Shown here piece after piece: positions 18,117 through 28,208 of a stretch of DNA of 64,000 nt. This DNA is from Bradymonadia bacterium (lineage in GTDB: Bacteria > Myxococcota_A > Bradymonadia > UBA7976 > UBA1532). The position numbers and the translations under genes are program-made. Where the stretch lies: positions 160,001 to 224,000 of the forward strand of contig JBKAGE010000038.1 in the NCBI GenBank assembly GCA_046290225.1, written 5' to 3'. Each line of letters starts with the position of its first letter. Within the stretch, counting starts at the first letter, position 1. The notes under the pieces are model-generated. The model saw nothing but the letters and a program-made list of their open reading frames with translations, had not been told where the DNA came from and searched no databases.

Positions 18117-19499
18117 TCAGTACGACTGCTGCGTATCGAGCTGGAACTGGCGCTTGCGCATCGACTTGCGCTGCTTGTTCCAGTTCGCGCCGTCGAGGTT
18201 GTCGGCATCGAAGTCGTACTCCTGCTTCTGCTTCTTCAAGGAGGGCGCCTTGTACTTGGTAGCGTTGAACTGCAAGTAAGTCGAGGTGTCCTTGAGGGCC
18301 TTTCGGGCCTGCTCCACCTTCCCGGCATCGCGCAGGGCCATGGCCTCCTGGTTCCGCTCGTTGGCGATGAGCTGCACGACAGCCACCATCACGTCCCGGT
18401 TGCTCGCCTGCTCCACCTCCTGGCGAGAGTCGACGAAGTTCGCCGACAGCTGTCCGCGGCCCTCAGCTGTGTTCTTGCTCACCATGTCGGCGTAGGTCAC
18501 CCGCACGTCGGCGAGCTTCTCCTTGGCGCCCACCTTCCTGGGGCTCACCTCGACCTCGAGGAGGGCGTACTTCTCCTGACGGCCGTAGAGCTGGGAGAGG
18601 CCCACGGTGACCTGCTGGCCGGTGATGTCGCCGTCGCGGCCGAGCAGACGCACCGGACGCACGCCCTCGGCGCAGGTGATCTCCACCTGGACATCCTGGG
18701 CCACCACCGAAAGCACGTCGCCGAGCTCTGCCTGGAAGATGGTGGCCAGGTTGGCGGCGTCCTCGATGAAGGTGTGGTTGCCGTCGCTGTTGCGGGCGAG
18801 AGAGAACATCAGATCTTCGTTGTAGCCCAGGCCCAGGCCGAAGGTGGTCACCGAGATGCCCTCCTTTGCCAGGGAGGCGCCGAGCTCGCCGAGCTCACCG
18901 GGGCTGCTGGGCCCCACGTTGGCCATACCGTCCGAGAGCAGGATGATGCGGTTCACCTTGTTGCGATCGTGGAACTTGCGCACCTCTTGAGCGCCCTTGC
19001 TCACTCCGGCGAAGAGGGCGGTGTTGCCCCCAGCACTGATGGCACGGATGCCCGCCTGAATCGTCGCCCGCTCACTCACCTTGGTGGCGGGGACGATGAC
19101 CCGGACGGTGCTGTCGTAGGTCACCACGGAGACGATGTCGTCGGGGTTGAGCATGTCGATGGCCTGCAGCGCCGCGGCCTTGGCCTGCTGGATCTTGCGC
19201 CCCTGCATCGAGCCCGACTTGTCGAGGACGATGGCCACGTTCACCGGAGTGCGGCTCTCCGAGGGCAGAGGCACCCCGGTGAGCCCCACCTTCATGTACA
19301 CCGTCTCCTTGCTGTCGGACTTGATCAGCGGGTGAGAGCCCTGCACGTCGATCTTCACCCGGGTGTTGCCGTCGGTGGCGATCTTGAGCGGGCTCTGGGC
19401 CTGGGCCGTGGCGCAGCCGGAGAAGGTGAGGGCCAAGAGGGCGATGGTGAGTGCCGACAAGCTGCCGGCGGCCTGAATCTTCGACGTGAGCGGATGCAT
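18117..19499 (-). CDS. Secreted VWA-domain protein (YfbK-like)
   Basis: Signal/lipobox FSGC. MIDAS VLDKSGSM, GGNTAL, LLSDGMAN, FGLGLGYNEDLM. Confidence 0.92.
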   Translation of the reverse strand: MHPLTSKIQAAGSLSALTIALLALTFSGCATAQAQSPLKIATDGNTRVKIDVQGSHPLIKSDSKETVYMKVGLTGVPLPSESRTPVNVAIVLDKSGSMQGRKIQQAKAAALQAIDMLNPDDIVSVVTYDSTVRVIVPATKVSERATIQAGIRAISAGGNTALFAGVSKGAQEVRKFHDRNKVNRIILLSDGMANVGPSSPGELGELGASLAKEGISVTTFGLGLGYNEDLMFSLARNSDGNHTFIEDAANLATIFQAELGDVLSVVAQDVQVEITCAEGVRPVRLLGRDGDITGQQVTVGLSQLYGRQEKYALLEVEVSPRKVGAKEKLADVRVTYADMVSKNTAEGRGQLSANFVDSRQEVEQASNRDVMVAVVQLIANERNQEAMALRDAGKVEQARKALKDTSTYLQFNATKYKAPSLKKQKQEYDFDADNLDGANWNKQRKSMRKRQFQLDTQQSY

Positions 19500-19654
19500 G
19501 ATGTCCTCGCAGGTGCAGGTTGATTGTGAGCCTACGGTATCGGGACCGCCGACGTCAGTGGTCGCCTGCAGGTGAAAGGGATTTCAAAACTTTGTAAAAG
19601 GGGCCCTCAGTCCCGCTGTATTGACCCTTCGACGTGCACACCTGGAGCCTGTCG

Positions 19655-21028
19655 ATGACATTCGGTGAGCAATTCAAGGCCCTGGGCAGGGCCCTGGCCG
19701 CCCCTCGGCGCGCTGGCCCACGGACTCTGGCCTGGCTGGGCACCTACGCCCTGGCCCTCGGGGTCATCTTCGGAGGTTTCGCCTGGGTGCTCGTCGCCTA
19801 CCAGGGCGATCTGGGCCGAGGTGTGCTGCAGTTCTTTCTCCCCGATGACTGGCTCTTCGCCGGAGAATTCCTCGTGGAGCGCTTCTGGGCTTCTCAGGCA
19901 CGATCGGTCCTGGTGAGCCTCACCCTCGGCGGCGCCCTCATGCTCAGCAGCGTGCTGTTGTTCCCCATCAAGGAGAAGCTCGGCGCCACATTCGAAGACG
20001 AAGCCACGCTCACCGGCAAACCCATCCACGAGTTCCCGCTCTGGTATCAGGCCTGGGAAGAGATCAAGCTGTTCCTGCTCTACACCGCCCTGGCCTTTGT
20101 GGTCCTGCGCCTGGGCCACACGCCGGATCCCACCCGCCGGCAATGGGCGAAGGTGCTCAGCTATGCCGTACTCTGCCTGACGTTCTCCATCGACTTCCTC
20201 GCCCCCCTGCTCCAGCGACACCGACATCGGTACAGCCAGATCGTCAAGGTGATGCTGCGGCGACCGCTGCTGGTGTTGGGCTTCGGGTGCCTTTTCGCCT
20301 TGCCCCCGGCGCTGGTGGGATCATGGCTCGCCAAATCATCCACGTGGCCCATCGCCGAGGTCCTCGCTCTGGGCTTGATGCTCAACCTCGTCTCGCTGCT
20401 CGGTGCCGTGCTCGTGGGCAACGCCCTCGGCGCCGCCCTGCTCGCCGATACAGAGCGCACTCCGGTGAGCAGCCTGCCGGTCCGAGGCCTCACGTGGCTC
20501 GTGGTGATGGGGGTGCTGTCGGTCAACCTCTATGTCTTTGGGCAGATCGGCCGAGCGGCCTGGGGCATCACACCTGTGCTCAAGTGCGAGTACAGCCTTG
20601 ATCCCACCACCCTCGACATCGACGTCTCTGGCCTGCTCAGTCCCACGCTCACGGTCTCGGGCAGGGTGGAGATCCACAACCCCACCGATCGAGACGTAGA
20701 GCTCGCAGATCACCGCATCGAGCTGCGCCATCGGGGCGATCTGCTGACGCAGTCGAAGCTGCCCCGTATGTCGGTCCCTGCAGGTGGGCGAGAGCAAGCC
20801 GACTTGTCTTTCGAGTTGAGTATGGGAGGCGGTGTGCTGGGCAAGGGCATGGCCCTGGCGAAAGAGGTCACCTCAGGGGGCGTAGGCGATGCCCTCGGGG
20901 CCCTCGCCGACGCCGGCAGCGCCGCCATCGACAAGGACTTCTACGCCATCACGCTGATCATCCCCACCGATCTCGAAGAGTTCCCCATTTACCTCTACGC
21001 AGGTGAGAAGTCGGCCTCGGGGGACTGA
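19655..21028 (+). CDS. Multi-pass membrane protein (EI24/CysZ-like) with C-terminal LEA_2-like domain
   Basis: About 7 TMs, then beta-rich VEIHNPTDRDVEL...VPAGG motif. GGAG RBS before ATG 19655. Confidence 0.65.
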   Translation: MTFGEQFKALGRALAAPRRAGPRTLAWLGTYALALGVIFGGFAWVLVAYQGDLGRGVLQFFLPDDWLFAGEFLVERFWASQARSVLVSLTLGGALMLSSVLLFPIKEKLGATFEDEATLTGKPIHEFPLWYQAWEEIKLFLLYTALAFVVLRLGHTPDPTRRQWAKVLSYAVLCLTFSIDFLAPLLQRHRHRYSQIVKVMLRRPLLVLGFGCLFALPPALVGSWLAKSSTWPIAEVLALGLMLNLVSLLGAVLVGNALGAALLADTERTPVSSLPVRGLTWLVVMGVLSVNLYVFGQIGRAAWGITPVLKCEYSLDPTTLDIDVSGLLSPTLTVSGRVEIHNPTDRDVELADHRIELRHRGDLLTQSKLPRMSVPAGGREQADLSFELSMGGGVLGKGMALAKEVTSGGVGDALGALADAGSAAIDKDFYAITLIIPTDLEEFPIYLYAGEKSASGD

Positions 21029-21042
21029 GCCCAGGGGTGTCT

Positions 21043-22302
21043 TCAGCGCTGATCGCACCCCACGTCGAAGCGCTCCCATCGGGTGTCACCCTCGATGTCC
21101 TGGTCGATCTCCGTCAGCGAGATGCCGACGCCAATGGCGCGATCCCCTTCGACGAGGTGGTAGCTGTTCGGGCTCTCGAAGTCGGCATCTTCAGCGTCGA
21201 ACAGGTTGCCACTGTACGTGTAGCTCGGGCTGTTCTCGGTGGAAGGCTCACTGTTGAAGAAGTTGTTGAGCAGCACCCCTTCGGTGATGCCGTCGAAGTG
21301 CACCGCTGGGGCCTCGGCGACACGGACGGTGTTGTGGAGCATACGTACGCTCCGGCTACTGGTGGCCAACAACCCCGGACCACCGGATGCACGCCTCAAG
21401 ATGAAGTTGTTCTGCAGCATGAGGCTCACATGATCGGGCCACACCACCACAGGATGCGTCACCTCGATCATGGCGTTGCGGGCCACTACGTTCTGGCGGG
21501 CTCCAGCGCCACCGAACCGCATGCCCACACCGTCGAGGGCGTAGATGAAGTTGTCCGAGAGCAGCCACTCAGTCCCCCCCCGCAAATCGATGGCCGCCTC
21601 AGAAGGCTCGACGCCTCGATAGGATGTGGTGATCTCACCGCACATCACCTCCACACCGGCGACGCTGCCATCTGAAAAGATGTGGCTGCGGGCGTGGTCC
21701 ACCGTCTGCACGCGCCAGAGCAGCGTGTTGTGGGCCTGGGGAGAAAGGGTGATGCCGACCTGACCCCGACGCACGGAGACGTCGGCGAGCACACTCTCGG
21801 CCCCTTCCATGCGCACACTCCCGATGATGGAGATGTCGGTGGATGTGCCTGTGAGCCCACGCACGGTGACGCCGGCAGGCACACTCAGCGGTGTCTCTTC
21901 GACATCGTATCGACCAGGGTTGAGCACCACCTCAGTGTCGCTCTCCGCAGTGGTGATGGCCTCTCGCCATGGATCATTGGGCCCCACCTGCACTCGACCC
22001 GCTCGAGGGCGCAGCACATCAGATCGCAGATAGGGTACGCACCGTGCCGAGGGCTCGGGATAGGCGTGGGCAGCGGTGTCGCTCTCCTCGTCGAACCCGC
22101 CGCCAAATTGCGGCACCTGAGCATCAGGTGGCAGCGCCATGTCGGGCTCGGCGATGGCTGGTGGCGCAGGTGCCTGCACCTCTGCGTCTGGCACTGCAGC
22201 GTCTGGGGGCAGCGCCCCACCTGAAGAGACCTGCACTTGAGGTGACAGACATCCAGAAAGCCCCAACGCAAGCAGAGGCCATGACACATTGCGATGACTC
22301 AT
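21043..22302 (-). CDS. Right-handed parallel beta-helix lipoprotein
   Basis: Lipobox GLSGC. VVLNPGRY and repeated (V/L)xxNxx strands. C-terminal DQDIEGDTR..FDVGCDQ. ATGA-coupled to the upstream gene. Confidence 0.75.
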   Translation of the reverse strand: MSHRNVSWPLLALGLSGCLSPQVQVSSGGALPPDAAVPDAEVQAPAPPAIAEPDMALPPDAQVPQFGGGFDEESDTAAHAYPEPSARCVPYLRSDVLRPRAGRVQVGPNDPWREAITTAESDTEVVLNPGRYDVEETPLSVPAGVTVRGLTGTSTDISIIGSVRMEGAESVLADVSVRRGQVGITLSPQAHNTLLWRVQTVDHARSHIFSDGSVAGVEVMCGEITTSYRGVEPSEAAIDLRGGTEWLLSDNFIYALDGVGMRFGGAGARQNVVARNAMIEVTHPVVVWPDHVSLMLQNNFILRRASGGPGLLATSSRSVRMLHNTVRVAEAPAVHFDGITEGVLLNNFFNSEPSTENSPSYTYSGNLFDAEDADFESPNSYHLVEGDRAIGVGISLTEIDQDIEGDTRWERFDVGCDQR

Positions 22303-23969
22303 GGACACACCTCCAGCGGCGCCCAGCGAGCGTCCAGCGGTGGTAAATCAGCCTCTGATGCGGGCTCTACAGTGAAGCGGGTAAAGAGCGCTCGTCCGGA
22401 ATCGAAGCCGCCGAGACCGGCCATCCCGATGTGGGGGGGATCACCGTCGACGTCGATGTCGGGTACATCAACGACAGCGACAGGGCCGCCGTCTTCAGGT
22501 GGCCGGTCGAGGTTGTAGAGGCTCGCCCTCAGGCGGTTCCCCACCACCACCACCTCCATGCGGTGGGTGTCAGCGGCAAAGGTCAGCCAGTCGTACCGCG
22601 TACCCCCTTGGGCCTCGTCTACATAGAACTGATAACGACACCCCTCGAAGTAGTTCCGATCTCGACCTGGGCGATTTTGATACACACAGTTCAGGGAAGG
22701 GGTCAGGTTGTCCGGCGGTACACCAGGCTGCAACCGGCTCTGATCATTGCGGATGTAGCACCCCAGCCATCGAAAGTCGTTCACCGCTCTGAGGTTCACC
22801 CGTGGAAAAGCGAAACGGTTGTAGGGGGTGTCGTCGGCCAGCACCCGAAAGACCACCGACACCTTGATGTTCTGACTCGCGGTGGCAAAGGGGGCCACCG
22901 CTTCCACGGTGAGCTCCTCGTCGACGCCACCAATGGACAACAACCCCTCAGGCGTCCACGCCCAACCCGGGCTATCGTCTACTGAGGGTGGATAGAGCGT
23001 CCACCCCGGCTGCTGCTCTTGGAGATCGAAGGCGAGGGTGGGCTGTGCCGGGAGGGGGTTGTCAGACATCCCCGCCCCGTCGAACTCAGGATCGAAGGGC
23101 AGCCCGTCACCCACGGCCCGGACCTGCACCGTGGCATCCTCTGGGATGGCTTCGTCAGTGATGATGACCACCTGCTCCGGCGTGTCCTCGAGCTGCCAGG
23201 CAGTGAGAATCGGCCACGGGATACCACCATCGCGGACGATGCCATCGGGGAACACACCCAGCTCGAAACTCTGCGCCCAAAGCTCGGGCGTCCACAGTAC
23301 ATCGCCGAGGCGAATGGGCTTGTCGAAGGTGAGGGCGATGACGTTGATGCCCTCGATGCGCATGCGCACCAGAGCGGGTGGGCCGGGCAGCGCCTCGGGA
23401 TCGATGGGCGGCGCCTCGGTCCACACCCCACCACTCTCCACTGTGCCCTCTATTTCGGAAGGCTCTCCAGTCTCTGGGGACTCCGGAGGGGGCGGCGGCA
23501 TCAAATCCGGCACGGTGCAGGTGACCCGGACAGCCTCTTCGATCAGGGCAGCCGTCGACGGCCCGCCAAAGAACGGGTCGTCCAATAAAGACAGCGCATC
23601 GATGGGGCGATCATCTGCGGTCGCCCACTGGCCATCTGGGCCATTTCGATATGTCAGAAGGTTGCGTGCCGCCCACCGAGGCACCCCGAGCGTGGTCAGA
23701 TCATCGAGGGTGAGCCCGGGGCTGCTCAGATACGTCAATGCCAGGGTCGAGGCCTCTGGACATGTGTCGCGCTCTGGAGGCGGGGCCATGTCGGGTCTGA
23801 CAGCAGCATCAGGCCTTGGGGCAGCATCAACAACCTCAGTTGCATCGGGGCCTGAAGCATCTGACGACGACTCAGCACCGCCCGCCACCGAGGCATCGCC
23901 TTCGCAGCCCCACATCAACGCCCCACACAGCGACCATGTCACCCATCGAGTCCACACTTGCAGCCTCAC
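22299..23969 (-). CDS. Lipoprotein with myxobacterial helix-hairpin-helix-like domain and beta-sandwich C-terminus
   Basis: Lipobox LMWGC. AARNLLTYRNGPDGQWATADDRPIDALSLLDD..GGP motif. Confidence 0.65.
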   Translation of the reverse strand: MRLQVWTRWVTWSLCGALMWGCEGDASVAGGAESSSDASGPDATEVVDAAPRPDAAVRPDMAPPPERDTCPEASTLALTYLSSPGLTLDDLTTLGVPRWAARNLLTYRNGPDGQWATADDRPIDALSLLDDPFFGGPSTAALIEEAVRVTCTVPDLMPPPPPESPETGEPSEIEGTVESGGVWTEAPPIDPEALPGPPALVRMRIEGINVIALTFDKPIRLGDVLWTPELWAQSFELGVFPDGIVRDGGIPWPILTAWQLEDTPEQVVIITDEAIPEDATVQVRAVGDGLPFDPEFDGAGMSDNPLPAQPTLAFDLQEQQPGWTLYPPSVDDSPGWAWTPEGLLSIGGVDEELTVEAVAPFATASQNIKVSVVFRVLADDTPYNRFAFPRVNLRAVNDFRWLGCYIRNDQSRLQPGVPPDNLTPSLNCVYQNRPGRDRNYFEGCRYQFYVDEAQGGTRYDWLTFAADTHRMEVVVVGNRLRASLYNLDRPPEDGGPVAVVDVPDIDVDGDPPHIGMAGLGGFDSGRALFTRFTVEPASEADLPPLDARWAPLEVCP

Positions 23970-24054
23970 ACGCAGTGAATCTTCAGGTGGATCTCGGCAT
24001 GTTCACTGGGGGGTCATGAAGGGGGCGGGTCAGACAGTACAGCCTGCGAAGCGC

Positions 24055-25791
24055 TCAGGGCTTGAGGCCTTTGCACGGCTCCCCTGCTCTGGGCGTCACA
24101 CACTGTCGCCAGACCTGGTTGAGCTGATGTCGCATGCCAGAGCGCACGTTTTGGAGATGCACCCCGGCTTCTGCACAGCGGCAATGCTCCAGGGCATCCC
24201 GCGTGGCCTCGATGGCCATGGCCTCTGCTCGATCAGCAGCAAGTCGCGCCTGATAGATCGCCTCAGCTTCGTGTTCGGGATCGACTTGGAGGCTGTCGAT
24301 GACCACTGGGGCAGGCTCGGCCTGAGCGAGATATTTGAAGGCGAGCGCACCGGCGACGACCAGCGCAGCGGCCCACGTGAGCGCCAGCAGGGCACGCCAG
24401 CCCCACCACATGGGACGCCACTCGTCGACGCCGGCCTGCTCCACGGCGGTGTGCATGCCTGTCGGGGTGTGTACGCTTGCCGGTGTGGGGGGCGCCGACA
24501 TGCGAGGCGTCGCCACCCTTGAGGGCTTCAGCTCGGGGATCGTCACCACTGGGGTGGGCATGGTGCCGAGGGCTGGCCTTCTCAAGTTGTCCGGTGTGCT
24601 CAGCGGGGACCATCGCGCCACTGGATCCAGCTCGCCCACCACAACAGGCTTTGACTGAGGTGGATCAGGCTCGGTGTCAGGCTCGGTCACCAGCGTGCTC
24701 CCGTCGGGGGCCAGCATGGCGTCGAGGCTCAAACCGAGAGTGGCTTCCCACAGGGCCCCTCGCATCTCTGCAGCGGTGCGGAACCGTTGCTCGGGGGTTT
24801 TTCGCAACGCCTTGAGCAACACCGCCTGAGTGGGCTCGTCGATGAGCACCCCACTTTGCGTCCAGTCATCCAGCGCCCGCTCTGGAGCGATGCACAGATG
24901 CGCCGAGGCCAGCTCGGCGAAGTCATCGCTGACGCACTGTTGCGCGAAGAGAGGTGCCCCGGCGAGCATCTCCACCGTGATCACCGCAGCGCTGTAGATG
25001 TCGGTGGCATGAGATACCGGCTCGCGGATGAACACCTCCGGTGCCATATAGGCCCCGCTGGAGATGCTGTGTCGGACCTGTATCCCCTTCGCGGCTCTGG
25101 GCACGCCAGCGTCGATCCACTGAGCAGCGCCAAAGCCGGTGAGCGTGAGAGAGAGTGCACTGTCGCTTGTGGAGATCACCACCGCATCGCTGGTGAGATC
25201 ACTGTGCACCACCTGGGCCTCGTAAAGGCTCTCAAGGGCCTCGAGCAACTGGTCCAGAAGGGCCATGGCGTCTCGGGCCGACATCGCCCCTCGGCGCTCG
25301 ATCAAATTGGACAGCGTGATGCCATTGATGCGGGCGGTGGCGATGTAGAGCCCCTGCACTCCGTGCATGTCGAGCTCGCCATAGTCGACGAGCTCCACCA
25401 CCCGCGGCCCCGCAGCTCTGCTCAGACAGTTGATCTCGTTGAGCCAGACGGGCCTCTGGTGTTGCCCGAAGAACACCTTGAACGCCACGGGCCGGCCCGT
25501 GGCCAGGTCGATGGCCTCGTAGATGCGGCTGCGATGGCTTGAACTGATGATGCCCCACACTGAGTACTGACCACCGATGATCCGGCCCAGGCAGCGATCA
25601 CCGGACCACTTCAGCATCTCGTCCACAGGCAGGTAGACACCATTGTCCTCAGGACAAGCATCCCCAGGGGTGGGGTCGACAACCCCCACACCACACTTGG
25701 GGCATCGCCAGCTGCGGCCGCTCTGCTGAGCACCCCAGGCGGAGATCTCTGGTGTGGTGTCCATTGTGGAGAGATGGGTGCGAGTCGTCAT
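24055..25791 (-). CDS. Ser/Thr protein kinase-like protein, probably a pseudokinase, with N-terminal Zn-ribbon and C-terminal TM
   Basis: CPKC..CPED, VAFK, YMAPE, DIYSA and RFRTA are retained. The Gly-loop (SSSHRS), HRDLKPxN (HSDLTSDA) and DFG (TGFG) are degenerate. Confidence 0.85.
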   Translation of the reverse strand: MTTRTHLSTMDTTPEISAWGAQQSGRSWRCPKCGVGVVDPTPGDACPEDNGVYLPVDEMLKWSGDRCLGRIIGGQYSVWGIISSSHRSRIYEAIDLATGRPVAFKVFFGQHQRPVWLNEINCLSRAAGPRVVELVDYGELDMHGVQGLYIATARINGITLSNLIERRGAMSARDAMALLDQLLEALESLYEAQVVHSDLTSDAVVISTSDSALSLTLTGFGAAQWIDAGVPRAAKGIQVRHSISSGAYMAPEVFIREPVSHATDIYSAAVITVEMLAGAPLFAQQCVSDDFAELASAHLCIAPERALDDWTQSGVLIDEPTQAVLLKALRKTPEQRFRTAAEMRGALWEATLGLSLDAMLAPDGSTLVTEPDTEPDPPQSKPVVVGELDPVARWSPLSTPDNLRRPALGTMPTPVVTIPELKPSRVATPRMSAPPTPASVHTPTGMHTAVEQAGVDEWRPMWWGWRALLALTWAAALVVAGALAFKYLAQAEPAPVVIDSLQVDPEHEAEAIYQARLAADRAEAMAIEATRDALEHCRCAEAGVHLQNVRSGMRHQLNQVWRQCVTPRAGEPCKGLKP

Positions 25792-25922
25792 ACTCCACCC
25801 TACACGCAATTCCCGGACCAACATTTCACACCATTCGAAGGACCCAACCATCAAGGTGCTATGCAGAGGCGTCGAATCACAGATGTCCGCCTTTCCGGTC
25901 TGCGTTTTCTACGGGGTCGTCC

Positions 25923-28094
25923 ATGAGCCGCTCAGCATCTCGCCCGCTGTTGGTGATCGTCCACCCGAACCCTCAAGCCCAGGTCTCTTTGAGAACCACA
26001 CTCGAGGCTGGGGGTCACTTGATGGTGGCCGTGGCCTCAGACGGTGTAGATGCCGTCGAACGGGTCATCCGCAACCAACCTCCAGTGGCCGCGTTGCTCT
26101 TCGATTGGGAATACTTCGATCTCAACGCGCCCAAGTTCCTGCCTCGACTGGTGAGAGCTCGGGTGCCTCAGAAGCCCTTCCTGCTCACACTGCATCACGA
26201 CTGGCAGCTCAACGATCTGCATCGAGCGGAACAGCTCGGGGTACAGGGGTTGCTGTGGGCCCCACTGCGCATGCCGGCTCTGGTGAAAGAGCTGGTCTCT
26301 CTGAAAAAGACGGGCCGCTCGAGCAGCTTCCAGTCGACCCGGCAGGCGATCTCGGAGCGGCGCAGCCTCAACAAGGGCGCCCTGGCACGCGCTGGGGTGA
26401 AGCAGGACAACGGCTGGTCCAACCGGATGGCCGCCCTCGCCGCCAACGCCCGCTCCCGCTCGGGCGGTGCGAACCGCGAAGAGCAAATCGAGTCGTTGTT
26501 GAGCAAGATGGACAACACCTTGGGGCGCCCCGTGAGCGTGAAGCTCGCCGAAGCGGTGGTCCTCAACCTCAAGGGTGATGCCTATGCTCTGCAGGAGTTC
26601 CTTACCACCCACGCCGTCGATCGCCGCGCGGTACAACGACTGAGCGAGGTTGTCCAAAAGGTGGGTGGTCAGTCCGCCAAGGCTCAGGCCAAGGGCCGTA
26701 CCGGCCCCTCGGCCATCTCACTGCTCCTCGCCACAGATGTGATGGAGCGGGTGAAGGCCCGCGCTGAAGGCCGGATCGTCTCTGGCGCCTTCAAAGATGT
26801 GCGCCAGGCCGCCGCGGGCTATCTCACCGACTCTTCTGATGCCGCCGATCTCGCCATGTTCATGGGCGAGTGGCTTGAGATCGACGCCTCGGTCTTCTCG
26901 AGGATGCAGCGCAAACGGGCTCGACGCATGGCAGAGCGCATGCTCTCGGAGTCGAACGAGCGCAAGGCCAAGGAGTACGCCCGGCTCTTCGCCCTGGCCT
27001 CTCTCTTGAACGCCCGCAACAACCCGCAGCACATGGCCGAACAGGAGCGCGATGCCCTGGTGGGGCTGGCTTCGGTGTTGTCCTCTGCCCGCTCGAGCGG
27101 AGAGGACGGTTTGCAGCGTCTGATGGAGATGTCGGAGGGCGTACGATCTGGCGAATATGACGATCTCGGCCTCAACCCCGGGGAGATGCCCGACTTCGCT
27201 GAGTTCAATGACCTGTTCGCCGAGATGGCCACCGAGATGGACGATGGCGATGACGACTTCGCCGCCCTGCAGCGCGATCTCGCCGCCCTCGGTGCCGCCA
27301 TGGGGCACCCTGCAGAAGAGGCCAAAGCCGTTGAAGAGATCGCTGATGACCCCCGAGCAGCCCTGGTGGCCGCTCTGGCTCAGGAGCTCAACCTGGGCCA
27401 GGCGCTCATCTCGGAGGTGGCCCCCGATGATCTCGCAGAGCATCTGCCCCCCTGCAAGATGCCGGACTGGCAGGCCCCTCCGGAGCGCCTGCGGGTCGTA
27501 CGCACCATGGCCCGCATACTGACTGACACCACGAAGTCGGAAGGCCACGACGAGCTTCTGAGGGCGTTCCACCATCGATACGAAGACGAATTCTTGATGA
27601 TCCGAGCGCTGCTGGTCTGCATCGAAGGGACCCGAAGCCCCGCTGCGGTGAAGATGGTGCGCGATCATCTCGACCTCTGCCATGGCACCCCCACGGCGAG
27701 AGACATCAAGGGCTATATCGCCCGCGGCGCCCTCGGCCAGGCCATGCTCATGGTGGCGGAGCTGCCCAGCTCGGAGAAGCAAACGGCGCAGCTCGTCAAC
27801 CTGGTGGCCATGTCACTGCGCAACGCCGGACAGCTGTCGGAGTCGGAGTGGCTGTACCGCAAGGGTCTACGTCAGGCCCCGAGCCGCATCAGCCTGCTCT
27901 ACAACTACGCCCGTCTGAAGATGGACCAGGGAGAAACCCAGGTGGCAGGGCAGCTGCTCAAGCGCGCACTGCAGATCGATCCTCAGCACGAGCCCTCGGT
28001 GGAACTGCTCGAAAACATCCGCTTGCAGATGGCCGCCAAGCGGCGCCGCAGCGGCAAGCGCCCCGATCGCGCCGACGAGCGCCGACGGGCCTGA
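25923..28094 (+). CDS. Receiver-like domain plus C-terminal TPR protein
   Basis: N-terminal REC-like fold (VAVASDGVDAV, LLFDW). C-terminal LYNYARL...ALQIDPQH TPRs. Confidence 0.7.
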   Translation: MSRSASRPLLVIVHPNPQAQVSLRTTLEAGGHLMVAVASDGVDAVERVIRNQPPVAALLFDWEYFDLNAPKFLPRLVRARVPQKPFLLTLHHDWQLNDLHRAEQLGVQGLLWAPLRMPALVKELVSLKKTGRSSSFQSTRQAISERRSLNKGALARAGVKQDNGWSNRMAALAANARSRSGGANREEQIESLLSKMDNTLGRPVSVKLAEAVVLNLKGDAYALQEFLTTHAVDRRAVQRLSEVVQKVGGQSAKAQAKGRTGPSAISLLLATDVMERVKARAEGRIVSGAFKDVRQAAAGYLTDSSDAADLAMFMGEWLEIDASVFSRMQRKRARRMAERMLSESNERKAKEYARLFALASLLNARNNPQHMAEQERDALVGLASVLSSARSSGEDGLQRLMEMSEGVRSGEYDDLGLNPGEMPDFAEFNDLFAEMATEMDDGDDDFAALQRDLAALGAAMGHPAEEAKAVEEIADDPRAALVAALAQELNLGQALISEVAPDDLAEHLPPCKMPDWQAPPERLRVVRTMARILTDTTKSEGHDELLRAFHHRYEDEFLMIRALLVCIEGTRSPAAVKMVRDHLDLCHGTPTARDIKGYIARGALGQAMLMVAELPSSEKQTAQLVNLVAMSLRNAGQLSESEWLYRKGLRQAPSRISLLYNYARLKMDQGETQVAGQLLKRALQIDPQHEPSVELLENIRLQMAAKRRRSGKRPDRADERRRA

Positions 28095-28133
28095 AACCCC
28101 GCCTTTTCATCCCCCGCCCCACTCACGATCCTC

Positions 28134-28162
28134 TTGACTCTCCCCCCTGGGGCTGATAGATC
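28134..28162 (+). promoter_or_regulatory. Probable sigma70-type promoter of rpsT
   Basis: TTGACT-N17-TAGATC with TG before the -10 element. Confidence 0.45.
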
Positions 28163-28208
28163 GCCGCGTCTGTCCGCAGACCACGTATTCACAGCAGGAA
28201 TCATTTTC

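Noticed and set aside
17610..19523. 637-aa plus-strand ORF (similarly 3679-5289, 32758-34431, 45124-46977)
   Set aside because: High-GC antisense shadow frames of well-supported genes on the opposite strand
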